Origin: Amoebophrya sp. A120
Taxonomy: Eukaryota > Protista > Dinoflagellata
Length of the DNA: 64,000 bases
NCBI GenBank assembly: GCA_905178155.1
Contig: CAJINV010000002.1
Location: 10,648,709-10,712,708 of the forward strand
Reading direction: 5' to 3'
Every line of letters starts with the position of its first letter. The first letter of the stretch is position 1. The notes beneath the pieces were generated by a model. It was given only the letters and a program-made list of their open reading frames with translations, ran no database searches and was not told the DNA's origin. The translations under genes and the position numbers were made by a program. Positions 11,629-25,046 of this stretch are shown piece by piece.

Positions 11629-12932
11629 TCACAGATATGAGGGTATGATCTCACGGTGCTGCCCCTCGAGTTCCACTACTCGGTCCGCCGGCTGTTCCTG
11701 CGTTACTGCCGCGGTAAATTCCGAGGGACCGCCCGGCGTCGAGGAAACTGTCGAAGGTGAGCCTGGGCCGTCCGCCGGCGGAAGGACCAGAGCCGGCTGG
11801 TCTAGTCGCAGCTCCTGCAATTGCCGTGCCGCTTCGTTGATGCCAAAGTCCAGATCGGCTGGCGCTGTTGATCCCAAGCGCACACTGCAAGGCATCGAGT
11901 TCGGAGACTCTGTGCGTTGCGGTGTTTCGCACCCGCTGCTAGAACACGAGTCGTCCTCGTCCACGTCAGCGGGCTGGATTTCAGTTGCGTTGTTTTCTTC
12001 TTCTGTTTCCAAAGCTCACAAAAAAACGTGACTTTCTGTTTCTTCTTATGAAAAAAAAAAAAAAATAGAGTATTCTTCGTGGGGATCTTCTACCAAGAAG
12101 ATACTATGCGCTCCTTTCAAAAAGAACGCTCGGAGTCGAAATCGTCTATCTAATAATGTTAATATCAAAAGAAAGTTATAGATACCACAATCCCTGTATC
12201 CCTGCTGTTCCGGATTTCGAGCTCTTGCGCAACGTTGGCAAACTCGATCGCTGCCTGCTCCGGTGTGAATATCACGGCATGCCGCCTGGCGGGCAGCCTC
12301 CTGTTTTGCAGCCGAGACTGCTGTATGGATTGCAAAAATGTCTGGGTCTGGAACAAAGCAACTTGTCATGCTAAATCAGAATCATGTAAAAATCTGTGTT
12401 GCATGATTCCCAAAAGCTGTCCACTTTTGACCTAATCGAGAGGCACTTTCTCATGCAGCATAGGCATGATAGAGCTCTCACAGAATCTGTCATGCTATGT
12501 CCTATATACCAGACCTCATGGGTTATGGAAAACCTGCATGACAAACCTGCATTCTTCCAGACCCAGACATTTTTACATTTGATATGCTGCACACGCTCTT
12601 GCACCGCAGCGTCCGGGTTCGGCGCGTCCACGCCCTCGTGGCTGCTCTTCTATGGATTGCAAAAATGTCTGGATCTGGAACATTGCAACTTGTCATGCTG
12701 TCTTTGGATTCCAAAAAAATCTGTATTGCGTGACCAGCAACAGGAGTCCAGTTTGTGTATACGCGGAGAGGGAATTTCTCATGCGGAATAGGCATCAGGA
12801 AGCCCTCTAAAAATCTGTGATGCTAAATCATGCATTACATGTGTCATGGATCATACACAATATGCATCACAAACCCCGGAATCTTCCAGACCCAGACATT
12901 TTTGCAATCCATATCTTCCGGGAGCACACCAT
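11629..12932 (-). CDS. Hypothetical protein interrupted by two family A elements
   Basis: After removing A3 and A2: MVCSRK|SSHEGVDAPNPDAAVQERVQ|QSRLQNRRLPARRHAVIFTPEQAAIEFANVAQELEIRN; the join to the acidic ORF 11629-12012 is unresolved. Confidence 0.45.
12324..12584. mobile_element. Family A element, copy A2 (261 bp), internal orientation opposite to A1
   Basis: TATGGATTGCAAAAATGTCTGGGTCTGGAA ... TTCCAGACCCAGACATTTTTACATTTGATA; TSD TGCTG at 12319-12323 and 12585-12589. Confidence 0.95.
12651..12913. mobile_element. Family A element, copy A3 (263 bp)
   Basis: TATGGATTGCAAAAATGTCTGGATCTGGAA ... TTCCAGACCCAGACATTTTTGCAATCCATA; TSD TCTTC at 12646-12650 and 12914-12918. Confidence 0.95.
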
Positions 12933-14221
12933 CTAGGTGGAACAAAGGAGCTGGTAATCAATGTAGCAACGGCAGAAGACAGGGAAAACAACCCCCTCTG
13001 ATTTCACAAGTGTTAATGTAGATGTAGGTGTACACAAGAAAGACCCCAAAAAATTAAAATGCTCTCTAGTACTGTAAAAAGAACTGCGGCAGGAGCCCAA
13101 AGCTACTTGCACTTACCTTGAATTTGACGAAAAAAGCTTATAAACACAAACCCCACAAAAAAAAAACAAACTCCTGCTTTTGCTACATTTTGATAGGTGA
13201 GAAGTTTCGGCTCGCGGACGAAAAATCGATTCGCGGGTTCAATTTGACAAACCAAAGAATGGGAAAAAAGGAGAGGGAGTCCTGTCATGTTTTCGATTTT
13301 GCAAAAATGTTTTGCCACCAAAAGAAGAAGTTTTGTTTTGCCAAAAAAGGTCTTCGAACTTCTGGAGCAACAGTATCATTATTTTCACGACTCAAAATAG
13401 ACCGCGCACGAGGAACACAGATTGGACGATTTTCTCGGTTCTTTTACACGTGTAGGGTGAAAATGCACTCAAACAGTTACAGCAGCGCACGTGGAAACGG
13501 ACGGTTTAATGCTAGTACGTAACTTCTACCGCTTCCCGCAATTTTAATTTTCCCAACAGTCTCATGGAACAAGAGGTCGTCACTAGTTCAGCAAGCTCAT
13601 TGAAACATGCATATCAGGCGAGGAGGACATCAATCTGATTATACAAATTCATCAGTCAGCTCAGCGTATTTTGCATACGCTCAACTGGGACTTCTCCGCG
13701 CTTTATATTGCGAAAACGTTTTGCTCGCAGATTTGCTTTTTTACTCAAGCACCTCCGAAAAATCAAACGCTTAGAAATAGAATTGCAAAACAAGTATCAG
13801 CTTTGCTTCTTTACACTAGGCTGCACTGGTGTGACAACAGATACTAGCGCGTATCAGAGGATGGAAAAGGAAACGGAAGGTAAACCTTCCTAGATGTTGA
13901 CAAGCACCTAAAAAAAAATGAGGTACAGTGTAACTACGCCGCCCATCGGTACGGTGGAGGACTTTCTCTCAGACAAAGCCGGTCACGAGAACTCCTAGTA
14001 AAACTAAAATCGATACAACAGTGGTCCTGAACTCGACCGCCGGCCTGACTGTGAGAAGAAATGTTGCAAGAAATAAACTGGTACTGGAACAGCAGCTGCA
14101 ATTTTTTATACGATACTTTTATAAAGAGTCAAAATTCCTTCGACAGTCGCATACTTTATTTCCCTTGGCGAGGTTTAAGATCAGCATCTATTTCATCATG
14201 ACATTTTTTACTGGGCGATGT

Positions 14222-16283
14222 TCACTTCTGTGCCAGTGGCACGTTCCGGGACAGCAGGAGAAAATGGCACGGTCGTGCGGTAGAACCGGGCTCTGGATCC
14301 AGCACGTCGTCGGACGAAATCGCACCGACCTATGTTTACATTGAATTTCTGTCCGTCGTGAAACGCCCCTCTCCTGCAATACTAGCAATTAATAGGCCTT
14401 GCAGACACAGACGCAACCAAGCAACAAAAAAATTTACAATCAAAAACAGCTCACCTGGACGTAGCCCATTTTTCCGAAGAACCCCTGCCCGGGTATGGGC
14501 CTTTTCAAATCCGGGTAGCTCTTTGCGTGCGCCTCAATCTCCTTGGAGGTAATACGGCCGTTCGGATCGCGCTTGAAGGTCTCCACATCACTGGAGATGC
14601 CGTTCGCGGGGGCATTCTTGTCGTGGTTACTCGGCGACAAGACCGTCGAGCTAGCTCCATTTTTGTTGGCCCCCGGGGAAGACGATGCAGCAGAGGTCTT
14701 CATCGAGGACGGCGTCGCTCCTGCCATGTCATTAGTAGAACTTTCCGTGCCTTTCTTGTTTCCACTCGCAGCTGCCGCGCCGGTCAACGGGGGTGGCGAC
14801 GGTGCGTTGCTTCCCACCGCAGCTGTCGCACCCGCTTGCGTCCAGGGGAGCGAGGTTTTGTTCTTCTTCTGGCCATTCGCCGGCGAGGATGGAGATTGTA
14901 ACAGTGTGTTGCTCGCTGTATTTGTCGTAGCAGCGCCAGCGGTGCTGCTGCTGCTACCACCGCCAGAACTAAAATTGTTGTTCCCCAATTTGTTCTTCGG
15001 GCTGCTCAGACCCAGCCCACCGCCGCCGATGGACAAATTGTTCTGCGTCGTCGTGGATCCGGGGGAGTGGATGGCGGGCAGTTGCAACGGTTTCTTTCCG
15101 TTGGTGGGTGCCGCGGAGGACGACGGGGACGTCAAACTGCTGCGATTTGCGGTGCTCCGCGGATCCGTCACCCCGAAATTCTCGTCCTTGCTGCCGGGCC
15201 GGGCCAAAAACAGGTCGCTGCGCAGCGAGCAGACCTCGAGCACCACGCGCCGCACCGACCGCTTGAGTGCCCAGTCGTAAGACGCCTGGAGGAGCAGGCT
15301 GCCGATGCCCTGACGCTGGTAACTCGGGTGCACGCCGTAGGGACTCAGGTCAATGCACTTGTCGCCGCCGAACTTGCGCAGCATCACGCGCACGGCCCCG
15401 ACAATGGTTTCCCTGCTCCCACCGGGCGTGGTCTGCCCCGGGGAACACGTGCCTGAAAATAAGGAAAGAAAGGCGTGCTACATTTGTACAAAAGCGCCTA
15501 TCTTATTCATAAATCTAAATCCACATCTACTTCCAATAAACAGTCATATCCTATTACCTCCACTGCCACTGCCAATGGAGGTGGTGGATTCGCTGTTGAG
15601 CAGTAATCGCCCATGCACCATGGTGTCACCGGCGGCTTCGTCGGTTTTATTCGAACTCGATCCAACAGTAACTGACTTCACGACACTGCCGATCGCGTTG
15701 GAAATGGATTTTACCACCGAAGACCCATTTGCGCCAGTAGAGGCCGTGGCAGACGACGAACCTGGTGTTTTTCTTGCAACGGAAATAAGTCAAATTTTGA
15801 ATCGATTTTTTTTTGCCATTTGCTTGAAGGTCAGTCAGGTGTTAAAAAAGCAACATAAATACGCATTTTCCTCACTTCAATACCGCTTTTTCCATTCGGA
15901 TCTGATTGATCGCTCTGCCGCCTTGGTCGCTTACGCTTTTCCGCCGCAACGAAGAAAACGCCGATATTCTCCTCCTGTCTCGCCAGCAAAATGTCGGACT
16001 GAACCTGCGGTTTTTTTGGATGCGCCCTGCCCTCATGCAAAATTATTGCTTTGCCTGAAATAGGTCCATTGATTTCTTCAACGAGAAACTGCAATCCCTC
16101 ACTAATTGCCAAACTTCGGCAATAATGCCCTAGTACCTGTTCGCTATTTTGATAGCGTGGTTGCAATCGAAAGCCTCGGTCAGAGTTTCCCATCTCTACC
16201 GCGTAGGCCGCATTCAGCACACTCAGCACTGCCTCCACATCTACGACGCGGGCCCTGCGCACGTAAATACTCCGCTCCTCCAT
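14222..16283 (-). CDS. GNAT-family N-acetyltransferase with long low-complexity insertions (multi-exon)
   Basis: IYVRRARVVDVEAVLSVLNAAY; acetyl-CoA motif A GVHPSYQRQGIGSLLL; VLEVCSLRSDL...FFGKMGY; last exon ...STARPCHFLLLSRNVPLAQK* (TGA 14224-14222). Confidence 0.8.
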
Positions 16284-17240
16284 GTTGAGATCTTGTCTGC
16301 GCCCTGCAATGAGGCAGCGAGGGCTCTTCGTTTTCTCTTCTTGACGTTGATAGTGGATCACAAAATTATACCTGGACGCCAACAAAGCAAGAATCAAAAA
16401 CCAACTCAGATTGAGCAGCTCTCCGGGAGTGACTTCGCCATAAACTCTCGAAGTAGCCCACATTACTTCATGCACAAACAAGTGGCCCTGGCGCTGGCCG
16501 ACCACATCTCTACAATTCTCCTCCGCTCGGGCCATATTTTGTTGTACTGAAGCAGAAGAAGTGGAAGACACGAAGAAAAAGAAACGGGCTTGCAGAGAGA
16601 ACAAGCATTTTTCAGTGACAACATCAAAGCGAAACCACTGCGACGCGGAATGCATGCCCATCGTCGATTTTCGTATTGTAATTGTTGTTTGACATGTTGC
16701 TGTGCTCGTAGCCGTGTAGTACATTCGTTTCCTGCTACAAGCGATGTCAAAAGGTTTGTGGGCTTCTTTCACTCAAAAGGAAACGGGATCGTTTCCTCAA
16801 GAGAAAAAAGCGGGGTCGGGACGACCGGATTAGTGGGGGGACTTTCTTGATATGAGATGATCCAAGTTCTGTCGAAACTTGGGAATATCTCATATCGATA
16901 TGTATCCACCTTCAGAATACAAGAGCGAAGAACGAACGAATAAAGCTAGCTACTCTGGGTAAAACGTCGGGTGATCATCGGAAAAACCGAGCATTGCGAT
17001 CGGTTTCCCCTCTTCGTCAAGTCGATGTCCTCGAAGCTTCTGCTTCAATACTGGAAAACAAAAAACTCATGACTTGGGTCGTCGTGTGTAAAAACTGTAA
17101 ACTGGAATTCGTCAGGTGGTCAGTACACAGATATCGTCGAAGGAAGTACTTAAACCACATATCATCGATGTCAACATCTGAAGAGACTTCAAAGCAAGCA
17201 GTCGCCCATTTGTAATTGTATGTAACCCTACATCAATGCC

Positions 17241-20200
17241 TTACTGCGGCGCTTCTTCCTCGCGGTAAATCGCGAGGTCATACCCTCCTGGCTGCATGCG
17301 GTAGTGGGAGAAAACCCTCTTCTCGCTGGAAAACCAACCGCTGTAGTGCCACTCGACGCGGACGAACTTCTTCGCCAAGTCGTACTTCAAAACGGTGCCG
17401 AACGGACAGCTCCAGTGCTCGTCCTCGTACCGCCAGTGGAGGCCCGGGCGCACCTTCATCCCCTCGTGCACGTTCGCGACGGTGACGCGGCGCTCGTTAT
17501 CAAATGCAAAAGTGTCTGGGTCTGCAAGAGTGCGCGACTTGTCATGCAGCTTTTCCATGACCCATGAGGCCTCGAATGCAGGATCTAGCATGACAGATTC
17601 TGTGCGATCTCTCTCATGTCTATCCTGCATGAGAAACTCCCTTCCGACTTGGTCAAAACTGGGCGACTTTTGGTAATCATGCAACACAGATTTTTGCATG
17701 CTTCAGATTTAGCATGACAAGTTGCATTCTTCCAGACCCAGACATTTTTACATTTGATACTCGTTCTTCAGGTACGATTCCGCCCACTGCTTGTCCAACG
17801 GCGCGGCGTCCGGCTCGGTGCGGAGGTGCACGACGCCGAAGCTGTCGACCAGGGCCGTCGGGGGCAGTTGGTTCATCCCGACGTTCCCGGAGGACGGCGA
17901 CGCAGCGACGCAGCCATAATTTCCCCGGTTTTTACTACTTTCATCCAGGTCGCGTACGGTTTGCACGTCGAAGTCCATCTCGGTGACGCCGAGCGAGTTG
18001 CGCGGCTGCCACGCGGCCATGTCGTTCTCCGAGTCCTTCTCGTTTTTCGCGCTCAAACCGAAAACCGCGTTGTGCAGCATGTCATGCCGCTCCCGCTTTT
18101 CCACTTCGCTGCGACGCGACGACGCTTTTCCGTTCTTGCCGCTCGCCTTCTTGGTACTAGGAGGGTTCTTCTTGTTCCTCTCCTCGCTGAATGACGCAGC
18201 ACTCATCGTTTGCAGATGATCTTCGTGCGATAAACTTTTTTCCGCCAGATCATGCTCCGCGTCGGACAACGAGTCCACACTCTCCATTTGCGCCGGATGA
18301 TGATTTGCGCTGCTATTTTTCTTTTTGTTTGCTTCTGGGTAGGTAAATTCGTCTTGCTTTTCCTGCCGTTGCCCCGCAACCGCCCTTTTGTTCTTCACGA
18401 GCAAGCCCGCCTCCTGCGCTGCCATGCCGTGCGGGAGCTCCACCGGCACGCGGACCTTCTGCGCAATCACGAGCTTTTCGTTCATGGGGTCCTGGACGTA
18501 GACCACGGTTTCCCGGAATTTCTCCGTCGATTTCCCGCCGTCGTTGGGAAGGTCCTGGAACTGCTCACCGCCTACCGCGCCGGTGCAAACCTGGTCCTCG
18601 GGGACCGCGCTCAGCCCGGAATCCAGCCCCTGCTCCTTCAACCGGGCCTGCTGCTCTGCACGCTGCCGGGCCGCCATCTGGTCGACCTGATGTTGTAAAA
18701 GTTGAACGAGTTCATTGATATTGGATACTAGGTTGGTACTGTGGTCGCGTGAGAGAATTGATCCGATGAAAGGACGCTAGTAGATCGAAAAAAATCCTAT
18801 TATACTCACTCGTATCAGAAACTACAAACTATTTCCTACTCAAAAATCTATACCAGCACGCGCTCTAGTAATTTCCGCACACGCACCAAGTTTTCCATGG
18901 GCTCTGCGCCACTCTCTAGCCCTTCCGGAAGGTACACGTTGACCGGGCACCCCTGTTGGGGGATCTCATGCAAGATCCGCTCTTTCAAATGCGCGTACAG
19001 CGGGTCCTCCGGGTTCATGTTCCGGTCCTTGTAGACCGATGCGGCGACGATCTGCTTGCTGTTGCGGATCTGTTCGAAGATCATGAAGGCGAGGTTCCGA
19101 AAAGCGGCGTTCACCAGCCACTCGGGACAACCGCTCGAAACGTGCGGCGCCAGGTTGATCACGCACTGCAGGTAGCAGGCCTTTTTCGTGGGCGACCGCG
19201 TGTCCATCGGGGTCAGAAACATGAAGCTGTTGTCCAAGTACGCCCGCTGGCTGCCGTCGTACTCCTTTTCGTTCTCTGCGGAGTAGTCGCTGGACCGGGT
19301 CAAAATCTCCCGTTCCTCCTTCGGCCCGACGTTCTCCATGTGCAGGATGACCTGCTTTACCTCCTTTTTGGCGTCTTCCTTGTTCTCCGGAGCCGCCATC
19401 ACGTCGTAGCCCCGCACGCGAAAGCAGACCTTCCGCCAGGCGAACGGAAAGGGCAGCTTCAGCAGCATGCGAACCACGAAGTTGGATTTCGATTTTCGCT
19501 CCAAAACTTCGGATTTGACCAACCCCAACCCCATGAAGCTCGGGCACCACTCCTTCCACAGATCCGCCTCGTTTAGAAGCGACAACAGAGAGAAAAGATC
19601 CAAGTCGCACTGCCCCTCGATGGCAAAGGTGTACACCCGCGTGTCCTCCTGTTTCGGGTCCTGAAACACCATGTCGGTCCGCATGGCCGCGCGGATACCG
19701 TCGGTTTCGCGGATGATGCGCCACTTGGAGACGGGCTTGAAGTCCGGCTTCGGCTGCCGCCTTGCAACTGCGGGGGAAATCAGGTCCACGCTGGTCTTGT
19801 CGCTCATGTTGTCCAGCGTCAGTCCGTCCGAATACGCGACGGAATCGGACTGGAGGTCGTTCGCGGTCACCTCGTGGTGCCCCATGCTGCCCTGCGGCAA
19901 CACCGGCGAGAAGTCGTTGCGGTTGTGGGTTTTCCCGAAATCGATCACTTCCTCGTCGGAAAGCGAGTCGAAGATATCGGATGCATTTTCATCTGGCGCA
20001 CCATTCTCTTCTTCCGCTTCGTAGCTGCCGAGACTGCCATGATCAAGGTCCTCGTCCTCTTGTGCGAGGACCCGCTCCAAGTCACCCGGCCGCCGCACGG
20101 ATTTCCTCCCGGGCGCGTCCTCCAGCCCAATCTGCACGGACTTGCGCGTGTTGCTTTGCGGCGCGTCCTGCAGCGCGTCCGGTTTCCGCAAGGGCGGCGG

Positions 20201-21325
20201 CGGCGACTTGCGCTTCACGACCACTGCGGGTTTTGATGGCTGCTGCACCACCGGGTTTGCCGCCTCCTCCGCCTTTTTCGCCTGGCGAATACGGCCCCGC
20301 TCGATCTGCGCGAGCGTCGACCGCACCTGGGACACGAGCTGGAACCGCTGGACGATCTCCTTGATCTGTGGGTCCTTGTTGTCCCTCTCTAGATATTCGG
20401 CGTTGAAGGTGCGGTCGAGTAAATAGCCCGCCACCATCAGCTGATCGTCTTCGAAGAACAATTTCTTCGCCTCGGCGATGGCTTCCTCGGGGGTCCGTAA
20501 CCGTTCCGGCTCCGGGAAAGGCAGCTTCTCGTTCGCCTCCGCATGCTCCACGCGCTGGCTGAGACGGTTGCAGGTCGCGTCAACCTTCGCTTTCATCAAT
20601 TTTTCAGAGAGGCGCGAACAGGTCGAGGACCTCCGACGTTCGGGTATGTTGGCGTTCCTGTCTACCACAACCGGGGCTCCCGATCCGTTTTCGTGTAGTT
20701 CATCATCGTCGGTGGACATAGTACTGCTTGGGCTTTCTTCTTCGTACTCCTCATCGCTGAGATTAACAGAAACCTCTCCGGCTGTCGTGGGGGTGGTCGT
20801 TCGGGAGATCGAGTCTCGTCGCTTGATGTCACTTGAAGATATAGTTTCGCCGTGGTTCGCAATTACCTCGTCAGATTCCGAGCCGGAACCCGCGGCGGTG
20901 TTGAATCTTTGTTTGTCGCTAGCGTCGCCATCGTGGTTGTCCACACTTTCTCGAAAAGTTACCGACTTGTTCGCTGTGCTACTCTTTCGGAGCGAGGAAT
21001 GCTTTTCTGCCAGGAGATCCACCGCCATTTTCCCGGACGGTACGGATTGTTCTTTCTCCTGGGCAGTCATCGCTTCAGATGGAGATACAGCGTTGTCCTC
21101 TCTCGCAGGCTCGTGCAAATTATATTGTTCCCCGGACGGGCGGTCTTCGAGCTGCTCAACAACAACTTCGGGTTCTATGTGTGGGGGCGGCGATTCCAGC
21201 TTTACTTCTTCGTCTGGAGAGACAGATTCCTGGATTTCCAGGTCGATATTAGCCATCTTACGGGCAGTATTACGCACCCGCTTTCCACCGGAGGTGGTCG
21301 TCGGGCCCTTCCGCCTTTCCGGCAT
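17241..21325 (-). CDS. START/SRPBCC-domain protein with a C-terminal MIB/HERC2-like domain
   Basis: START-like segment AIEGQCDLDLFSLLSLLNEADLWKEWCP...LKLPFPFAWR; predicted phase-0 GT-AG intron 18687-18853 joins LERVL|VDQMAARQ; removing A4 gives LKNE|RRVTVANVHEGMKVRPGLHWRYEDE...GTV...VRVEW...YRMQPGGYDL. Confidence 0.7.
17498..17759. mobile_element. Family A element, copy A4 (262 bp)
   Basis: TATCAAATGCAAAAGTGTCTGGGTCTGCAAGA ... TCTTCCAGACCCAGACATTTTTACATTTGATA; TSD CTCGT at 17493-17497 and 17760-17764. Confidence 0.95.
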
Positions 21326-22570
21326 TCTGGTGTGGGGTTTGGGTTCTTACCGAGAAAAAAAGTAGAAGAGTAAAAGTAGTTCAAGAAGGAAAACCAAAAC
21401 ACGTAAAGTTGTAAATGTAAAGGTTTTTCGTTCGTTTTGTTTCTTCGCGATGGATTCAAAAAGGACAGATACAAATACTGAAATGGTCTTCCGAAGAGGC
21501 GTGTTAATGTATTGGATGATCTTCGAAGTAAACAATCAGATGATGAACCAGAGTAATTTTTCGACTCTTCAACCCTGATTGATAATTATTTGTGTACGGT
21601 CTAAACTAAAAACTTGTAAATCTCAAAATCAACGGGTTTTTGACTTCTTCTAGGTTCCTCGATTGTGAACTGGGAATGATTTCGAGCTTTATTTGGATCT
21701 ACTTTGACACACTTTTTTATGGGACCGAGCGCGAGCTGCGCGAAGGAAATGATCGGATATGGATGGATCTCTGCCATTTCTCATTTTTCGTGAAACCGAG
21801 GAATGCAGACTCCAGTAAGGTCGACTACTCAGGATCCAACCGATTTCTCGACTGTCGCTATTCGAATCTTGACACTAATTTTTCATGGTAGTATCATGTA
21901 AGAAGTACCCTTGTTCATCAACATACAGTGTCTGGCTAGCTTGACCGACCAGTGCTCCGATAAATCATGAAACACTCAAATTGTGCACCTCATCATGGAC
22001 CAGGCTCGCGACGATCCTTGTTCCGAAAAGTTTAGTACTTGTGTGCAAAGACCGCTTCGTGTGTGGCAAGATGGTGCAACTAACTTGAAGCGAAAGATTA
22101 AAATCTAAGTCTTTCACATGATTGGCGCGTGATAGTGTTTCAGACAGGCAATCGTGGCAATCGCGATATACATCCTAGCAACTGTATATCATTGCTCATG
22201 CGAGAATTCAATCAGCTACGAGTGTACTGCGCAACTCAGCCACAAAACCGAAATTCATTTTCAAACATCGTGGGGAGGTACGTCCCCGCACTTTGTGCTT
22301 CAAAACGCGGACGCATTGACTGTGAGAATACATAGCACTAGTCTCCTACGATCTCTAGTGCCACGTAGTGACCAGAGTCACCCCAGGAGCAACAGCATTA
22401 CTCAAAACCTTCAACTACTTAGAGAAGATCCACAACATGCGTTTGTACCCGTGAGCGGCGCGAAAAAAAATCTGTGGGTACACTATGACAGACATGGACA
22501 CAAAAATATTGGCGCAATCAAGTAAGTAGGCTGTCCTGCCTTGTAAAAAATCATGAAATTCCGAATAATA

Positions 22571-25046
22571 TCACGAGTCGTCTACTTCCAGCGGTTCCGC
22601 AAACGGTACCTTCGTAATTTCGAGGTTATTGTATCCCCCGCAACACAATATCTGCTCCGGTAGCTCGTCATCATCCTTGCCCTCGACCAGCAGAGCGTAT
22701 TCGGTTTGCGCGGCAGGAAGCTTGCCCAACACCGTTGGTATTGCGGTGCGCATATCGCAAGGAAAAATCCCCCCTCCCCATATCAAAACGAAGTTTCTGA
22801 TGCTGGATTTGCGTACACAAATGAGATTTGTCTTGCTGGCGAGGACTGCAGGCCCATACTAAGCCTGAGTCTACAGGTTTTGGCCTACGCGCTTAGCATG
22901 ACAGACGTCGACGCTGTAGCTAAAACAGCATGACAAACCTCCTGTAGAATGCGGCGGAGCTTGGGGAGTTGCGTTCATGCAACACAGAGACGATTTGTGA
23001 CCTCAAATCAGCAACGCAAATTTTCGGCAACATACCTTTTCAATATGGGGAGGGGAAATTTTTCCATTTGATATCGCAACGCGTAGCCCCAGGTTCGCAC
23101 GTCGTAGTCTATCTCGAGTATCTATCAAATGTAAAAATGTCTGGGTCTGGAAGAATGCAACTTGTAATGCTGTCTGCGATTCTAAAAGTATCTGTGTTGC
23201 ATGAGCAGCAAAAGGAGTCAGTTCTTGGCACGCGGAGAGGCAATTTCTCATGCGTAATTAGCATCAAGAAGCTCTCAAAAAATCTGTGATGCTAGCACCA
23301 GCATCACAGACCTCACGGGTCATGCAAAATGTGCATGACAAGTCCCGACTCTTCCAGACCCAGACACTTTTGCAATCCATAGTATCCGGGGCGCATGCAC
23401 CCTGTTGAACCGCGCGCTGTAGGAAAGGAGCACGGGCTTACCTGATATTGCGTAGTTCAGGTCATACACTGCAGCTCAATTGCGCTTGATATGATTGAGC
23501 ATTTCAGGACGCATGAGTAGAGAGAAAACATTCGTGAAAATCTACTAAGAGAGTATAGTACGACGAAACTCTATGCATCCGCAACACCCTTAAAAAGCCT
23601 GCGTTTGAGTTTCAACATACCGTTATAGCTCTTGAACAGGTTTGGCACGTTCATTTCGGCCACGTTCCTGACTTGCACGATTTTTTTCAGCGCCAGCCCC
23701 TTTTTCTCGCTCCGGCCCTGATCCACGATTCGTTTCCACAGCCGCAGCTGTGGCGTCCAGGTGCCAGTGGAGAGGAGTCGGATGGCCTCATCGGATAGGA
23801 TGAAGTAGCCCACGAGGTTGAACCCCAAGTCGTCTACCGGATGAGAGCTGAACAGCCCGCCAGACTTGAACGGTACCTCCCCGTGCTCCACTAAGATTTC
23901 CGGGATGCCCCACTCCTCCTTGTAGCCCGCCTTGCGTATCCCAGAGAAAAAAGCTGGCAGGGCATATTTGTAATGCAAAAATAAATACACACAAAAATTT
24001 GTCATGGGTGGCCCCATAGCATGCTGTTTCGGATATGCAATAGAGATTTTTTTGTGTATTTATTTTTGCATTACAAATGTGTCCTGCCAGCTTTTTTCTG
24101 TGTGATATTGCGCGGAAACTTGCAGTCCCAGTTGCTCACGATCTCGTGTATCCTGCCGTTTTTCGCCTGCACCACGTCCCCGCCGATCAAGTCGTACAGG
24201 GCGGGCTTCGAAAAAATCTTCTCCCCGGACTGCTTATACCCGACGTTGCGTACCTTGAACCTCGTGGCCGAGGTCTCCATGTTCAGCTCTTTCGGCAACG
24301 AGTCAAACACGGAGAACCACGGGATTTCCGCTGCGAGATGTTGAGTAGAGATGAGGTGCGCAATGCGATTTTTCACCCGTAAAAAATGGAAGCCTTCTGG
24401 TGTGTGCTGCTGCAAGAAAAAAAAATCGCAGCCATGTAGACGTGTCGTGTTCTCGTGTAGTATACGGAAGACAGATTCTCGAAAGAAAAAGCTGATCTGT
24501 GGAAGTACCTCCTGGCGGAAAAGCCCTCCCGGGACTTTGCGAGCTCCAACTCATTTGCCTTGAGAGTGTCATGCTCAGCACGGGCCGGGCTTCGGAAAAG
24601 TCGGACCGCACCGTTCTCATATCGTCCTCCGTGTCTATGGATAGCAAAATTTTCTCGTTCTGGCTCACGGCGCTCACTTCCGTTAGCGAACCGGTCAATC
24701 CGCGGGCGGCTGTATTTGGGAACCGGGTTCTTCAAGTAGAAGTTTTGTATAGTATGTGCACCGATAAAGGACCGACACAACCAACTACGTACAAAAATCG
24801 GGTAACTTTATTACGTTGGATTGTGACTTTGTCTGTGCTTGTGAACAAATCTTGTTTAGAATAAATCAGCCGGCTGAAAGAATCTTAAAAACGTTTTGCA
24901 CGACTGGGTGGGTTTTCGCTGCTGGAGACCGGTCCGCTCGCATTCGTATCCTCCTGCATTTTGCTTTCCGCCTCTAGTGGTGCCTGCTGTTTCTTCGGCG
25001 ACTTAGAACCGCTCGCAGCGCCCCAGGGCCCGCAACACACGCCCAT
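22571..25046 (-). CDS. EDR2 C-terminal (DUF1336) domain protein with a probable acylated N-terminus; three inverted-repeat insertions plus GT-AG introns
   Basis: MGVCCG start; FKVRNVGYKQSGEKIFSKPALYDLIGGD; FPR|KAGYKEEW (D removed); SYNG|KPVLL (GT-AG intron 23442-23620); PRI|LEIDYDVRTWGYALR|TAIPTVLGKL...LLVEGKDDDELPEQIL (A5 and C removed). Confidence 0.8.
22753..23073. mobile_element. Family C inverted-repeat element (321 bp)
   Basis: TIR TATCGCAAGGAAAAATCCCCCCTCCCCATAT / ATATGGGGAGGGGAAATTTTTCCATTTGATA; TSD GCGCA (22748-22752) vs TCGCA (23074-23078), one mismatch. Confidence 0.9.
23123..23381. mobile_element. Family A element, copy A5 (259 bp)
   Basis: TATCAAATGTAAAAATGTCTGGGTCTGGAAGA ... 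TCTTCCAGACCCAGACACTTTTGCAATCCATA; TSD GTATC at 23118-23122 and 23382-23386. Confidence 0.95.
23937..24107. mobile_element. Family D inverted-repeat element (171 bp, ~60-bp TIRs)
   Basis: TATCCCAGAGAAAAAAGCTGGCAGGGCATATTTGTAATGCAAAAATAAATACAC... mirrored by ...GTGTATTTATTTTTGCATTACAAATGTGTCCTGCCAGCTTTTTTCTGTGTGATA; TSD TTGCG at 23932-23936 and 24108-24112. Confidence 0.93.
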
